Below, one piece after another: positions 40,608 to 50,838 of a stretch of DNA of 64,000 nucleotides. The DNA is from Bacteroidales bacterium. GTDB lineage: Bacteria; Bacteroidota; Bacteroidia; Bacteroidales; Muribaculaceae. Both the position numbers and the translations under genes were made by a program. Positions within the stretch are counted from its first letter, which is position 1. Each line of letters begins with the position of its first letter. Location of the stretch: positions 7,302 to 71,301 of the forward strand of contig JAQXRH010000078.1 in assembly GCA_029218425.1 (NCBI GenBank). The letters are read 5' to 3'. Under the pieces are notes generated by a model. It made no database searches and was not told the DNA's origin. It was given only the letters and a program-made list of their open reading frames with translations.

Positions 40608-41515
40608 GGACCCAGCATCTACCCCTGTCAGCGCTTGCCACTGTAATAGTCATTTTTATAGCCATGGCTATGAGCGGATGCCGTTCGTCGAAAACAGTAG
40701 CCGACGCCGACTCTTTAGACACCACCGACATGACGTTGTCAGAGCGCGCCCGCATCGTCGCCTCGGCCAACCAGCCATGGACACAGCTCAATATGCCGGT
40801 GAAAGTGTCGGTAAGGTCGCCGCAGAAGCTGTCGCTTAGCGGACGCATATATATGCGGCGCGACCGCGACATCTACATCACCCTGCGTGTGCTCGGCATG
40901 GAAGTTGCCAACATGTATGTCAACTCCGACTCCGTATATGCCGCCGACAAAGTGCATAAGTATTATATCGCCGAACCGATAAAATCAGTCTTTTCCGGGG
41001 CCTCACTCACCATCGGCGACATCCAGGACGCACTCTTGGGACGCCCCTTCATCAACAATCAGGGCACCATTACAGCCGACCTTCTCGACATGGTCACCCT
41101 CAGCGACATGCGCCAAGCCGGATGCGACCACGGCACAAGCGGCTCCAGGGCTGACGATGCAGGCGCTATCGCCGATGCCAACTGCTGGGTAATGGCACCG
41201 CGTACAAAAATCAATGGGAAAATAGCCTACCAGTTCATATTCGACAAAGCCGATAACAATCTATCGGCATTGACATTCGACACCGGCAGAACGACTTACG
41301 GCTGCACCTACACCGCGCCCGTCGACATCGACGGCTCACGCTTCATGCAGAGCATCGCCATAGCCACCAAAGTAGGCACCACAGCCATCGACGCCTCCCT
41401 CACCTTCGACATCGGCAAAGCGAAAAGCGAAGTCCCCGCCAACGCCCGCTGGCGGCAACCCTCAGGCTACAAGCGCATTAACCCCCGCGCCCTTGCCCGC
41501 GCCCTTGCCGAATAA
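40604..41515 (+). CDS. DUF4292-family lipoprotein
   Basis: Lipobox MSGC; IYMRRDRDIYI..LGMEVA; usual dut-TPR-DUF4292 order. Confidence 0.75.
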   Translation: MRTQHLPLSALATVIVIFIAMAMSGCRSSKTVADADSLDTTDMTLSERARIVASANQPWTQLNMPVKVSVRSPQKLSLSGRIYMRRDRDIYITLRVLGMEVANMYVNSDSVYAADKVHKYYIAEPIKSVFSGASLTIGDIQDALLGRPFINNQGTITADLLDMVTLSDMRQAGCDHGTSGSRADDAGAIADANCWVMAPRTKINGKIAYQFIFDKADNNLSALTFDTGRTTYGCTYTAPVDIDGSRFMQSIAIATKVGTTAIDASLTFDIGKAKSEVPANARWRQPSGYKRINPRALARALAE

Positions 41516-41665
41516 GCAACATACTATCTGCAAGGGAGCATCAGAGAGGGGGGAATGGCATAGAATGGCGATTTTGCCGACCATGCGGAGCTATATAGCC
41601 GACGTGGTGGCCGAACTGTAGAAATACCGGAGTGGTGCGATATAGCGACCAAGCTGGACGGTGTG

Positions 41666-44425
41666 TCAATGAGCTTCGAGCCAGTTGGCACCGACACCCG
41701 AGGCCACTTCGAGGGCAACTTTGCCGGAGTAGGCATGTTCCATTAGGTCGGCGACAAGCGATTGGAGAATGGGCAGCTCCTCGGGTACGACGTTGAAAAT
41801 CAATTCGTCGTGCACCTGCATAATCATGCGGGAGCGCATGCCACGGCTGGTCATCTCGCGGTAAATATCGATCATAGCCTTCTTGATGATGTCGGCGGCG
41901 CTACCTTGCAATGGAGCGTTGACGGCATTGCGTTCGGCGTAGGAGCGCACGGTGGCGTTGCGCGAGTTGATGTCGGGGAGGAAACGTTTGCGGCCCATCA
42001 CGGTGGTGACATAACCGCGTTCTTTGGCCGCCGAAATGGCATTGTTAATGTAGGTTTTGACCTGCGGATAGCTGTCGAAATAGCCGTCGATGAGCATTTT
42101 GGCCTCGGCGCGAGGTATATCGAGCCGTTCGGCGAGCCCGAAAGCCGAGATTCCGTAAATGATACCGAAGTTGGCCGTCTTGGCATTGCGACGCTGGCGG
42201 TCGGAGACCTCCTCGATGGGCAATTTATAGATTTTGGCGGCAGTGGCACGGTGGATGTCGGCGCCAGCTTTGAAGGCTGCCACCATATCGGGGTCGCCCG
42301 ACATATCGGCCATCAGACGCAGTTCAATCTGTGAGTAATCGGCCGACATGAAAAGGCAACCGTCATCGGGGATGAAAGCGCGGCGTATTTCGCGTCCGTC
42401 GTCGGTGCGGATAGGTATGTTTTGCAGATTGGGGTTGGTAGAGGAGATGCGTCCGGTGGCAGTGACAGTCTGGTTGTAGGTGGTGTGAATCTTACCGGTG
42501 GCGGGGTTGATGAGCGACGGCAGGGCGTTGATATATGTGGCGAGGAGCTTGTTGAGCCCGCGTATTTGGAGAATGATGTCGACAATCTCGTGGCTGTGGC
42601 GATACTTTTCGAGGATTTCCTCGGTGGTGGAGTAAGCGCCGGTCTTAGTGCGTTTTGCCGACGGGTCAATCTTAAGGCGGTCGAAAAGTATGTCGCCCAC
42701 TTGGCGCGGCGAGCTGATATTGAACACCCGTCCGGCGAGAGCGTAGCAGTGTTGTTCCATCTCGTTGAGGCGGGAGGTGAGCCGTGATGACATCTCGGCG
42801 AGCACGTCGACATCAATCCTAACGCCGGTCCATTCCATCTCGGCGAGCACCTTGGCAAAAGGCAATTCGATATCGCAGAACAGCGAACGGAAGCCGCCCT
42901 GCTCCAACAAGGGGTCGAAGACGTCGCGCAAGCGCAGCACCATATCGGCGGCCTCGGCATGACGCATTGCGGCCTCAGCGATGGGCAGTTCGGCATAGGG
43001 ATTGCGGCGGGAGCTGTCGTCGAGGGCGCCGCGCGGCATGATGTTGAGGTAGCTCATTGCGATGTCCGACAGGCGATGGCGCATTTCGGGTTGCAACAGA
43101 TAGTGGGCTACCGAAGTGTTGTAGTAGCGCGCCTCGAAGGCGATGCCGAGGTTTTTGAGTATGATGTAGTCGCGTTTGACATCGTGGCTCACTATGGTGG
43201 CGGCATTGGCGGCAAACAGGGAGCTGAGAGTTGCAATCCACTCCTTGCGGCAGGCCTCGTCATCATGGTCAGGCAAGGCGAAGAAGCGGGCTGCGCTACC
43301 GGGCACTGCGATGGCCAAGCCTTGCAGTTGGGCGGTCATGGCAGCCTCACCGATAGCATATAGCGACACGCCTATATGACTATGGTTCAAGGCATTTTCA
43401 ATGCATTGGCGCAAAGCGTCGGCACTCGTCTCCACTTCCACTGTAGCTACCTCAACAGGCTCCTGAGGCAGGTCGAATAGCGAGCCCATCATGCCATCAG
43501 GCTGCGAGGCAGCCGGGGGAACGACGGCAGGCGCAGCTGCAGCCGGGGCTAATCGTGCGAGAAACGTCTTAAATTCCAGTTCGGTGTATAGCTCACGCAA
43601 CCGTGCCGTGTCGGGTTCGACACGCATCAGCGAGTCGAAATCGATGTCGATGGGCACGTCGGTGCAGATGGTCACGAGGCGTTTGGCGAGGAGAATGCTT
43701 TCGGCATTTTCGGTGACCTTTTTCTTCAGTCCCGGCTTTAGGGAGTCGGCATTGGCGATAAGGTTTTCGACAGAGCCATATTGGCGCACGAGGATAGGGG
43801 CCGTCTTCTTGCCTATGCCCGGGCAACCGGGGATATTGTCGGCACTGTCGCCCTCAAGAGCAAGCAAATCAATCACTTGCAAAGTGTTGTCAATCTCATA
43901 TCGGCTACACACCTCGGCCACGCCGCGTATCTCGCCGTCCTCGCCGCGTAGCGAGGGGCGATACATGAATATCTTGTCGGTGACGAGCTGGCCATAGTCC
44001 TTGTCGGGCGTCATCATATAGGTTGTAAAGCCCTCTCGTTCAGCCTTTTTAGCGAGCGTGCCTATGACATCGTCAGCCTCATAATGCTCCATTTCGATGA
44101 CCGGGATATTGTAGGCGGCAATTATATCCTTGATATAAGGCACCGAGAGAGTGATATCCTCGGGCTGGGCCTCGCGTTGTGCTTTGTATGCTGGGTACAT
44201 CTCGTGGCGGAACGTATGCCCCCCTTTGGGGTCGAAGCACACTGCGATATGCGTAGGCGCTTCCTTGCGCAGTATCTCCTCCAAAGTGTTGCAAAAGCCG
44301 AATATCGCCGAAGTGTTGAAGCCCTTCGACGAAATGCGCGGCGAACGTATCAGCGCGTAATAAGCCCGGTAGATCAACGCGTAGGCGTCGAGCAGGAACA
44401 GTTTCTTCTCCATGGCGCCCATCAT
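41666..44425 (-). CDS. polA: DNA polymerase I
   Basis: 5'-3' exonuclease EADDVIG/DKD; DYSQIELR, KTANFGIIYG, QVHDEL. Confidence 0.97.
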   Translation of the reverse strand: MMGAMEKKLFLLDAYALIYRAYYALIRSPRISSKGFNTSAIFGFCNTLEEILRKEAPTHIAVCFDPKGGHTFRHEMYPAYKAQREAQPEDITLSVPYIKDIIAAYNIPVIEMEHYEADDVIGTLAKKAEREGFTTYMMTPDKDYGQLVTDKIFMYRPSLRGEDGEIRGVAEVCSRYEIDNTLQVIDLLALEGDSADNIPGCPGIGKKTAPILVRQYGSVENLIANADSLKPGLKKKVTENAESILLAKRLVTICTDVPIDIDFDSLMRVEPDTARLRELYTELEFKTFLARLAPAAAAPAVVPPAASQPDGMMGSLFDLPQEPVEVATVEVETSADALRQCIENALNHSHIGVSLYAIGEAAMTAQLQGLAIAVPGSAARFFALPDHDDEACRKEWIATLSSLFAANAATIVSHDVKRDYIILKNLGIAFEARYYNTSVAHYLLQPEMRHRLSDIAMSYLNIMPRGALDDSSRRNPYAELPIAEAAMRHAEAADMVLRLRDVFDPLLEQGGFRSLFCDIELPFAKVLAEMEWTGVRIDVDVLAEMSSRLTSRLNEMEQHCYALAGRVFNISSPRQVGDILFDRLKIDPSAKRTKTGAYSTTEEILEKYRHSHEIVDIILQIRGLNKLLATYINALPSLINPATGKIHTTYNQTVTATGRISSTNPNLQNIPIRTDDGREIRRAFIPDDGCLFMSADYSQIELRLMADMSGDPDMVAAFKAGADIHRATAAKIYKLPIEEVSDRQRRNAKTANFGIIYGISAFGLAERLDIPRAEAKMLIDGYFDSYPQVKTYINNAISAAKERGYVTTVMGRKRFLPDINSRNATVRSYAERNAVNAPLQGSAADIIKKAMIDIYREMTSRGMRSRMIMQVHDELIFNVVPEELPILQSLVADLMEHAYSGKVALEVASGVGANWLEAH

Positions 44426-44865
44426 TTAGTCACGAAAACCACAATGAGAGCAATGGCAAGGAAGAGGAACAACCCACCCGAAACCAGCATGCCAATCACC
44501 GACATGCCAAAGGCACGCTTGCGCCCAAAAAAGCTCATAAGAAACGCACCGACGGCCACGGCAAGCATGATGTAGATTTGCATTTCTATTTTGTCAAAGC
44601 TGCTATTGCCGTCCTCGCCGACCGACCTCGGCATGACGAAAAGCGCAATCCAGCCCAACAGGCCTACTACCAATCCAAGCACCGAAAGCACCGGGCGTTT
44701 CTCGTCCTCCTCAAAGAGCGCGGCACGAGCCTCGTCGGCTTCCCATCTTTTATACTTTTCGGCCGGTGCGGTGTCGTCGTCAATGCTTTCAAGCAGGCTG
44801 CTGACTGCTTTTTGATCCTCTTTTGATAAGTTTTCTACTCCTTTATTTTCGTTCTTTTTTTCCAT
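44422..44865 (-). CDS. Hypothetical membrane protein (3 TM), overlapping the polA start
   Basis: Charged N-terminus and three hydrophobic segments; -7 box at 44883-44890. Confidence 0.7.
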   Translation of the reverse strand: MEKKNENKGVENLSKEDQKAVSSLLESIDDDTAPAEKYKRWEADEARAALFEEDEKRPVLSVLGLVVGLLGWIALFVMPRSVGEDGNSSFDKIEMQIYIMLAVAVGAFLMSFFGRKRAFGMSVIGMLVSGGLFLFLAIALIVVFVTK

Positions 44866-44945
44866 GTCATTGCGATTTTTTACAAATATATAACAAATTT
44901 CGCTATCTTTGTAGTATTGTGTATCCGTTTTTTAATAATCACCCC

Positions 44946-45446
44946 ATGAAAGTATATCTCTACACTCTTGCAATAATGGTGATGGCAATGCTGACAACAG
45001 GGTGCGGCGGCAGTGTCGACCCAAACAAAAACATAGCCATGGCACGCAGCGCGATATCCACCGGCGACTACAAGGCAGCCCTTAGCGCATTGGACGAGGC
45101 AAAATCGGTTATGACCGACACCACGGCATCGGCAACAGCACTCACCGAAGTGGCAGCCCTCTATTGCGTCATCGACGAAAAGATGCAAGCCGAAAACAAC
45201 ATGGACAAAGCCTTGAAATGCTATGAATTGGCAATACGTATCAACCCCGACAGCGTGAGATACTGTTTCCACCGGCTATCGGTCGACGAGCAATGCCTAC
45301 TCGACCTTGTCGACAAGTTGCACAACGCCCGACGCGGCTCCACCGACTTCGCCGAACCCTACTACGATGCCGACACCGACAGCATCAACCACTACGACCA
45401 CATCGGCGACGACGAGATAATCGACGACATCGACATCATGGAATAA
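44946..45446 (+). CDS. Hypothetical lipoprotein with TPR-like helices
   Basis: Start MKVYLY at 44946; lipobox TTGC; -7 box TATCTTTG at 44904-44911. Confidence 0.7.
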   Translation: MKVYLYTLAIMVMAMLTTGCGGSVDPNKNIAMARSAISTGDYKAALSALDEAKSVMTDTTASATALTEVAALYCVIDEKMQAENNMDKALKCYELAIRINPDSVRYCFHRLSVDEQCLLDLVDKLHNARRGSTDFAEPYYDADTDSINHYDHIGDDEIIDDIDIME

Positions 45447-45471
45447 CCCTCACCTACCCTACACGCACATC

Positions 45472-45804
45472 ATGGAAGACTGGAAATCAAAGCTATCCGA
45501 CTTGCTCGCCTCCAACCCCGACATACCCGCCGGCGATGAAACCACCACACCCCAACCGGCAGCAAAACCGGCCAAGAAACCGCGCTTAGACATAATCCTC
45601 GACCGCAAACGTGCCGGGAAAACCGCTACTATAATAGCGGGATTTGACAGCGATACCGACATCAAAGAAATAGCCCGGAGCATCAAGCAACGCCTCGGCG
45701 CAGGCGGCTCGGCCCGTGCCGGCGAAATACTCATACAGGGCGACCGCCGCAGCGAAGTGGCTCAATTATTATCGGAATTGGGCTACCCCTCGCGCTTAAT
45801 CTGA
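45472..45804 (+). CDS. SUI1/YciH translation initiation factor
   Basis: RAGKTATII, LGAGGS, EILIQGD. Confidence 0.9.
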   Translation: MEDWKSKLSDLLASNPDIPAGDETTTPQPAAKPAKKPRLDIILDRKRAGKTATIIAGFDSDTDIKEIARSIKQRLGAGGSARAGEILIQGDRRSEVAQLLSELGYPSRLI

Positions 45805-45815
45805 AAACCAATATT

Positions 45816-48800
45816 ATGCTACACATCTACAAAGCCTCGGCCGGCTCAGGCAAGACTTTTGCCCTGACACGCGAATACCTCACCCTCCTCTTAGGCCATA
45901 AAAATCCCGAAACGGGGGAATGGCGGTTGCGCAACCCTAAAGACGGCGCGCACCGCAGCATCCTCGCCATCACTTTTACCAACAAAGCCACCCAGGAGAT
46001 GACACGACGCATCATCTCCCAGCTCGCCATACTCGCCGGGCGCGAACCGCAACAGAAACCCGGCACCGTCAGCCCCTATCTCGGCGACTTCATAAAACTT
46101 TTCAATACCGATGCCGACACCCTCGCCGCCACTGCCTCCGGCGTGCTCGACGAGCTGCTCGCCGACTTCGCATTCTTCCATGTGTCAACCATCGACGCTT
46201 TCTTCCAAAACGTGTTGCGCATCTTCGCCCGTGAAGTAGAAATGCCCGACAATTTCAGATTGGAATTGGACAACAGCGCGACCATCTCGCTTGGCATCAA
46301 CGAAATGTTCACCTCGCTCAACTACGGCACTCCCGCCGACCCGCTGCGCCGCGCCGAACGCAATTGGCTCTCGGAATGGCTCACCAACCACATGATACGA
46401 ATGTTTGAATCCGGGTCGTCGGTCAACATCCTCGCTCGCTCCTCCTCGCTCTACTCCGACCTTATAGCCACTTTCAACCAGCTCCTCGACGAGACCTACC
46501 AAATCAACGCAAAGGCCATATCGGAATATCTAAACAAATTAGAATACATACGCGCGTTCCAACAGGGCATATATGAGCAATCGGCCGTCGCCGATGCCAA
46601 CCTCAAAAGGCATGCCGCGGAACTCAAGCAATACGGCGACTACGACAAAATCAACCGCCACATACGCTCGCGCATCGAACAATGGGCATCGGGCGAAATG
46701 TCAGAACCGAGCAAGACCGTAGAAGACGCCATCGACAATCCATCCAAACGCTTTCTCGCCGCCTATTTTAAGAAAGGGGCCGACGAAGGCCTTGACTTAG
46801 CCGTCGCATCGATATGCGCCGAAGGGGTCAACGCCGCCAAGCTGCGCCGCCGCAATAACATTATCATTGACGCTATAACGCCATTGGGGCTGCTCGGCTG
46901 CCTACTGCGCCACATCTCCACCTTCTGCAAGGACAACAATGTGATTTTGCTCTCCGATACCAATTCCCTGCTGCGCGACATCATCAACGACGACGAAACG
47001 CCTTTCGTCTACGAACGTCTTGGCTACTACCTGAGGCATTTCCTCATCGACGAGGTGCAGGACACATCGCGCATGCAATGGGACAACCTACGCCCGCTGG
47101 TGATGGAAAGCATGTCGAACAATCACGACAACCTCGTCATAGGCGACGAGAAGCAATGTATCTACCGATTTCGCAACTCCGACCCCAACCTCTTAGGACA
47201 TATCATCTCCGACAACGTCACTGCCACTTACGGCAAGGACTCCGTGGCCGTGGAAGGGCAAACAATCGAGCAAAACAACAACTGGCGCTCGTCGGCCGAA
47301 GTGGTGAAGTTCAACAATTCCATATTCCATGCCCTCGCCGACATTGCTGGGGCCAGCGAAGTGTATTCCAATGTCATTCAGCAAATCAGCGACAAACGTA
47401 AAGGCGACGTCCCCGGATATGTGAAGCTGATTTTCGAGCCGGAAAGCTCCGGCGACAAGGATGCTCCCGATACCGACACCGACCGACCTAACGCCGACGC
47501 CGACAACAAATCAGGTGCCGACAATGGCGCCGACGATGCCGAGTCGGGGGATATGCAGTTTGCCTTGCGTTGCACGGTCAATGAAGTAGACCGTCTCCTA
47601 AAAGCCGGCTACCGACCAGGGCAGATCGCAATTTTGGTGCGCAAACATAGCGAAGGGGAGGCGGTAATCAACGCCTTGATGCAATGCCACGAGACGCCCG
47701 ATTGGGAGCACGGCCCGCTGGAAGTGAAATCGACCGACGCCGTCGGCATCAACTCCTCGCCGGCTGTAAAAATGATTATCGAAATACTACGGCTCACGCA
47801 GCTGCCCCATAAAGTGAAGTCGGTGCGCGAGCTCCCCAACGGCACCAAGATAGAACCCGTAGTGGAAAACCCGGCATTCAGGCGTGCCCGACTGATGTAC
47901 TGCTACCAGTATTTCCTCAACACCACCATCAAAGATGCCGACGGCAATTCACATCCATGCACCAATGCCGAAGCCCTGTCGTTGGCCATAAATGCCATAA
48001 ATCAGGATGAAAACAAGGGCGCCGCGCAATCCGATACGGCCGCCCCGTCGGCCACCGCCACCCTCAAGGAAATACTCGACTTTGCCTCCTCGGCGACCTC
48101 GGGGTCAGATGCCGACGGCGATGAAAATGCCACTGTTACTTGCCTGACACTCAATGCCATTGTCGACAAAATCATAAGCCGATACGTCACCGCCGACGTG
48201 CTACGGCAAGATACCGCCTATCTCACTGCGTTCCAGGACCTCGTCTACGATTTCTGTTCGCAGGGCAGTTCTGACATACGCTCATTCCTCGCTTGGTGGG
48301 ACCGCGGCGGATGCCGGTCGGCGCTATCCTCCACATCGGAAAGCGATGCCATCAACGTCATGACCATCCACCAGTCGAAAGGTTTGGAATTTCCTTGCGT
48401 GATAATCCCGTTCTGCAACACCAAAATGGTGACCTTCTCCAACCGTTTCCAGCTTTCCTACCACTGGATGAAAATCGACCCCGCCGATTTCGCGCCCATT
48501 AGCCCCGAAGTGGTGCCGCCCATGATACCGGTAGAATTTTCATCGCAAATACCTGATATCGACATGTTTAAGGAGGAGTCGAACCGTATCATCGACGAAC
48601 AGCTTGTCGACAGCCTCAACGTGACGTACGTGGCGTTCACCCGCGCCGTCAACGAGCTGATAGTGATAGCACCGCTCTCGGGGAAGAGGACCTCGACCGA
48701 TGAGCGCGTCACCACCCTCGACGTCATGTTGCGCAAAGCCGTGGAAAGCCTCACCACCGATGCAATAGCCGGAGATAGCTCCCTCGACGACGGAAGCCGC

Positions 48801-49415
48801 AAATGGGTATTGCCGCTCGCCGAAAAAATGAACAATGGCATCGTAGAGATAGGCACTCCCACTGCGCCCGTAGCAGCCAAAGAGGACAAAACCGACCTAC
48901 CGGTGTTCCCTCTACCCGACTACAATCCAGAGGTCAACGATCTCCTCGTCACGCTCTCCGAGGCCGACATCGACCTGTTTGATTTCAACGACCCGCGCCA
49001 CAAAGGCAATTTCCTCCACCGCGTGCTGAGCAAAGTGCGCCGCTCCGGCGACTTGCCGCGCGCTCTTCGCCGTGCCGCCATACGAGCACGGCTCACCGAC
49101 AACGATATAGCCGAATGCGAGGCATTGCTATCTCAAGCCATCAACGACCCACGCGTAAGCCGCTGGTTTGAAGGATATAAGCACGTCTACACCGAGCAGT
49201 CTATTGCTAATAGCGGCATCGACCGCCGCCCCGACCGCATCGTTGTGCTCCCCGACGGAAGTGTGGAAATCATTGACTACAAATTTGGCGATGACCACCC
49301 GTCGTACACTGCGCAGGTGCGACGTTATATGTCGTTGATGCGCCAAGCCGGATATGCTGAAGTGCGCGGCTTCCTGTGGTTCGTCACCACTGCCACCATT
49401 CGCCAAGTGGAATAG
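45816..49415 (+). CDS. AddA/RecB-like UvrD helicase with C-terminal PD-(D/E)XK nuclease
   Basis: ASAGSGKT, TFTNKA, IDEVQD, GDEKQCIYRFR, TIHQSKGLEF, YVAFTRA, PDR..IIDYK. Confidence 0.9.
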   Translation: MLHIYKASAGSGKTFALTREYLTLLLGHKNPETGEWRLRNPKDGAHRSILAITFTNKATQEMTRRIISQLAILAGREPQQKPGTVSPYLGDFIKLFNTDADTLAATASGVLDELLADFAFFHVSTIDAFFQNVLRIFAREVEMPDNFRLELDNSATISLGINEMFTSLNYGTPADPLRRAERNWLSEWLTNHMIRMFESGSSVNILARSSSLYSDLIATFNQLLDETYQINAKAISEYLNKLEYIRAFQQGIYEQSAVADANLKRHAAELKQYGDYDKINRHIRSRIEQWASGEMSEPSKTVEDAIDNPSKRFLAAYFKKGADEGLDLAVASICAEGVNAAKLRRRNNIIIDAITPLGLLGCLLRHISTFCKDNNVILLSDTNSLLRDIINDDETPFVYERLGYYLRHFLIDEVQDTSRMQWDNLRPLVMESMSNNHDNLVIGDEKQCIYRFRNSDPNLLGHIISDNVTATYGKDSVAVEGQTIEQNNNWRSSAEVVKFNNSIFHALADIAGASEVYSNVIQQISDKRKGDVPGYVKLIFEPESSGDKDAPDTDTDRPNADADNKSGADNGADDAESGDMQFALRCTVNEVDRLLKAGYRPGQIAILVRKHSEGEAVINALMQCHETPDWEHGPLEVKSTDAVGINSSPAVKMIIEILRLTQLPHKVKSVRELPNGTKIEPVVENPAFRRARLMYCYQYFLNTTIKDADGNSHPCTNAEALSLAINAINQDENKGAAQSDTAAPSATATLKEILDFASSATSGSDADGDENATVTCLTLNAIVDKIISRYVTADVLRQDTAYLTAFQDLVYDFCSQGSSDIRSFLAWWDRGGCRSALSSTSESDAINVMTIHQSKGLEFPCVIIPFCNTKMVTFSNRFQLSYHWMKIDPADFAPISPEVVPPMIPVEFSSQIPDIDMFKEESNRIIDEQLVDSLNVTYVAFTRAVNELIVIAPLSGKRTSTDERVTTLDVMLRKAVESLTTDAIAGDSSLDDGSRKWVLPLAEKMNNGIVEIGTPTAPVAAKEDKTDLPVFPLPDYNPEVNDLLVTLSEADIDLFDFNDPRHKGNFLHRVLSKVRRSGDLPRALRRAAIRARLTDNDIAECEALLSQAINDPRVSRWFEGYKHVYTEQSIANSGIDRRPDRIVVLPDGSVEIIDYKFGDDHPSYTAQVRRYMSLMRQAGYAEVRGFLWFVTTATIRQVE

Positions 49416-49507
49416 CACCGCGGCCATCCACAGATGCCATGAAGGCGCAGGCGGCGACTCATCCCGCCGCGCTTAGTTGACTGCTTATCAGTGTGATGCT
49501 GATGCGG

Positions 49508-50275
49508 CTATATGCCCATGCCGATGCCGAAGAGCGCAAAGTCGTATATTACGGGGTCGTCGGGGCGGAAACGGCGAAGCGTGTCGGTGAGCTGTACCAC
49601 GGCCTCCCGGTCGTTGCTACGGCGATGGAGCAGCCCCAGGTTGCGCGAAGTGTCGCCCACATGCACATCCATAGGGATGAATAGCTGCGACGGACGTAGC
49701 ACCTTCCATACGCCCATGTCCACGATGCCGTCATCGCGCACCAACCATCGCAATGCCATATTGATACGCTTCAGCGCCGTGCTTCGCAGATTGCCGGGCA
49801 GGCAACGGCTGTCGCTGACGCCGCCATTGGCTTCGGCGAAGTAGCGATTCATGACCTCTACCAACCGCCACGCCGGCATCTCGTCGCGCCCGATGCCTTC
49901 AGCCGCCGCCATAGCTTCAAGAGTGGCATACCGGGCATAAATGCTGCGGAGCCCGCGCAGATAGTGGCGCAAGTTATTGACAAAAAAGGTGCGGTGGATA
50001 TTGCCGTCGGGGAGCGTTTCGTAAGCCTCGTCCATGACATAGTCGTAGGGCCGGCCCTCAAATATGCGTATCAACTTTTCGCAGTTGCGGCATATCATTT
50101 TGCGATTGCCCCATGCTATTGTAGCCGACAGCAATGCTATGATTTCGATATCCTGTTGCCGCTGGAAACGGCGTGGGAACTGCACCGGGTCGTCAGCGAT
50201 AAACTCCGGCGAGTTGATGCGAGACGCCTCGCTGTCAAGCAATTCCTTAATGTCAGTTAGTGGCTCCATAATCAT
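49508..50275 (-). CDS. TIGR02757/DUF2400-family protein
   Basis: FIADDPVQFP, AWGNR, KRINMALRWLVR, PMDVHV, DPVIYDFALFG. Confidence 0.85.
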   Translation of the reverse strand: MIMEPLTDIKELLDSEASRINSPEFIADDPVQFPRRFQRQQDIEIIALLSATIAWGNRKMICRNCEKLIRIFEGRPYDYVMDEAYETLPDGNIHRTFFVNNLRHYLRGLRSIYARYATLEAMAAAEGIGRDEMPAWRLVEVMNRYFAEANGGVSDSRCLPGNLRSTALKRINMALRWLVRDDGIVDMGVWKVLRPSQLFIPMDVHVGDTSRNLGLLHRRSNDREAVVQLTDTLRRFRPDDPVIYDFALFGIGMGI

Positions 50276-50416
50276 TTCACACTAAGGTAGTAATCTATAA
50301 CACTTCACCCCCCTTTAGCAACCGGCTCCCCTCCCCTCTTGCGGCCGGATTTCTTTTTGCGACCGGCGGCCCCCTTTATCGCAGGGGCTCCATAGTCGCG
50401 TTAATAGCGGTTACTA

Positions 50417-50460
50417 TAAAAGGTGAGCGGCATCGCTAATGGGGGAGTACGATGCCGCTC
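50417..50460 (-). terminator. Terminator downstream of tRNA-Tyr
   Basis: gagcggcatcg / cgatgccgctc stem with a short U run on the minus strand. Confidence 0.65.
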
Positions 50461-50486
50461 GAGGGTTGGGTTGGGTTGGGATGTTG

Positions 50487-50569
50487 TGGGCGAAGATGGA
50501 TTCGAACCACCGAAGGTATAAACCAGCAGATTTACAGTCTGCCCCATTTGGCCACTCTGGTATTCGCCC
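50487..50569 (-). tRNA. tRNA-Tyr (GTA)
   Basis: GGGCGAA/TTCGCCC-A acceptor stem, CTGTAAA anticodon loop, long variable arm, GGTTCGAATCC; CCA not encoded; -7 box at 50603-50610. Confidence 0.96.
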
Positions 50570-50742
50570 GGTTGAGACATCGCGCTGTCTCGTTTTGCGG
50601 TGCAAATATACGCATATTTTTTTAATTACCACACATTTTTTGAAAAAATCAGCAAAAAATGTTGTGAAAATCGCCGATTATAGGGATTAATCGCCGACAA
50701 TAGCCGACAATCAGGCTCTCTCGGAGATTCTCACGGGGTACT

Positions 50743-50792
50743 CTCGATCAACCGGGATTAATCGGGATCAATCTCGATTAATCGGGAGAATC
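50743..50792. repeat. Decamer-periodic array (ATCnnGATww)
   Basis: ctcgatcaaccgggattaatcgggatcaatctcgattaatcgggagaatc. Confidence 0.7.
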
Positions 50793-50838
50793 GCGCTTTT
50801 CGGCGGTAGCGGCCGATTGCCCGGCCGCTTTCCGGCCG

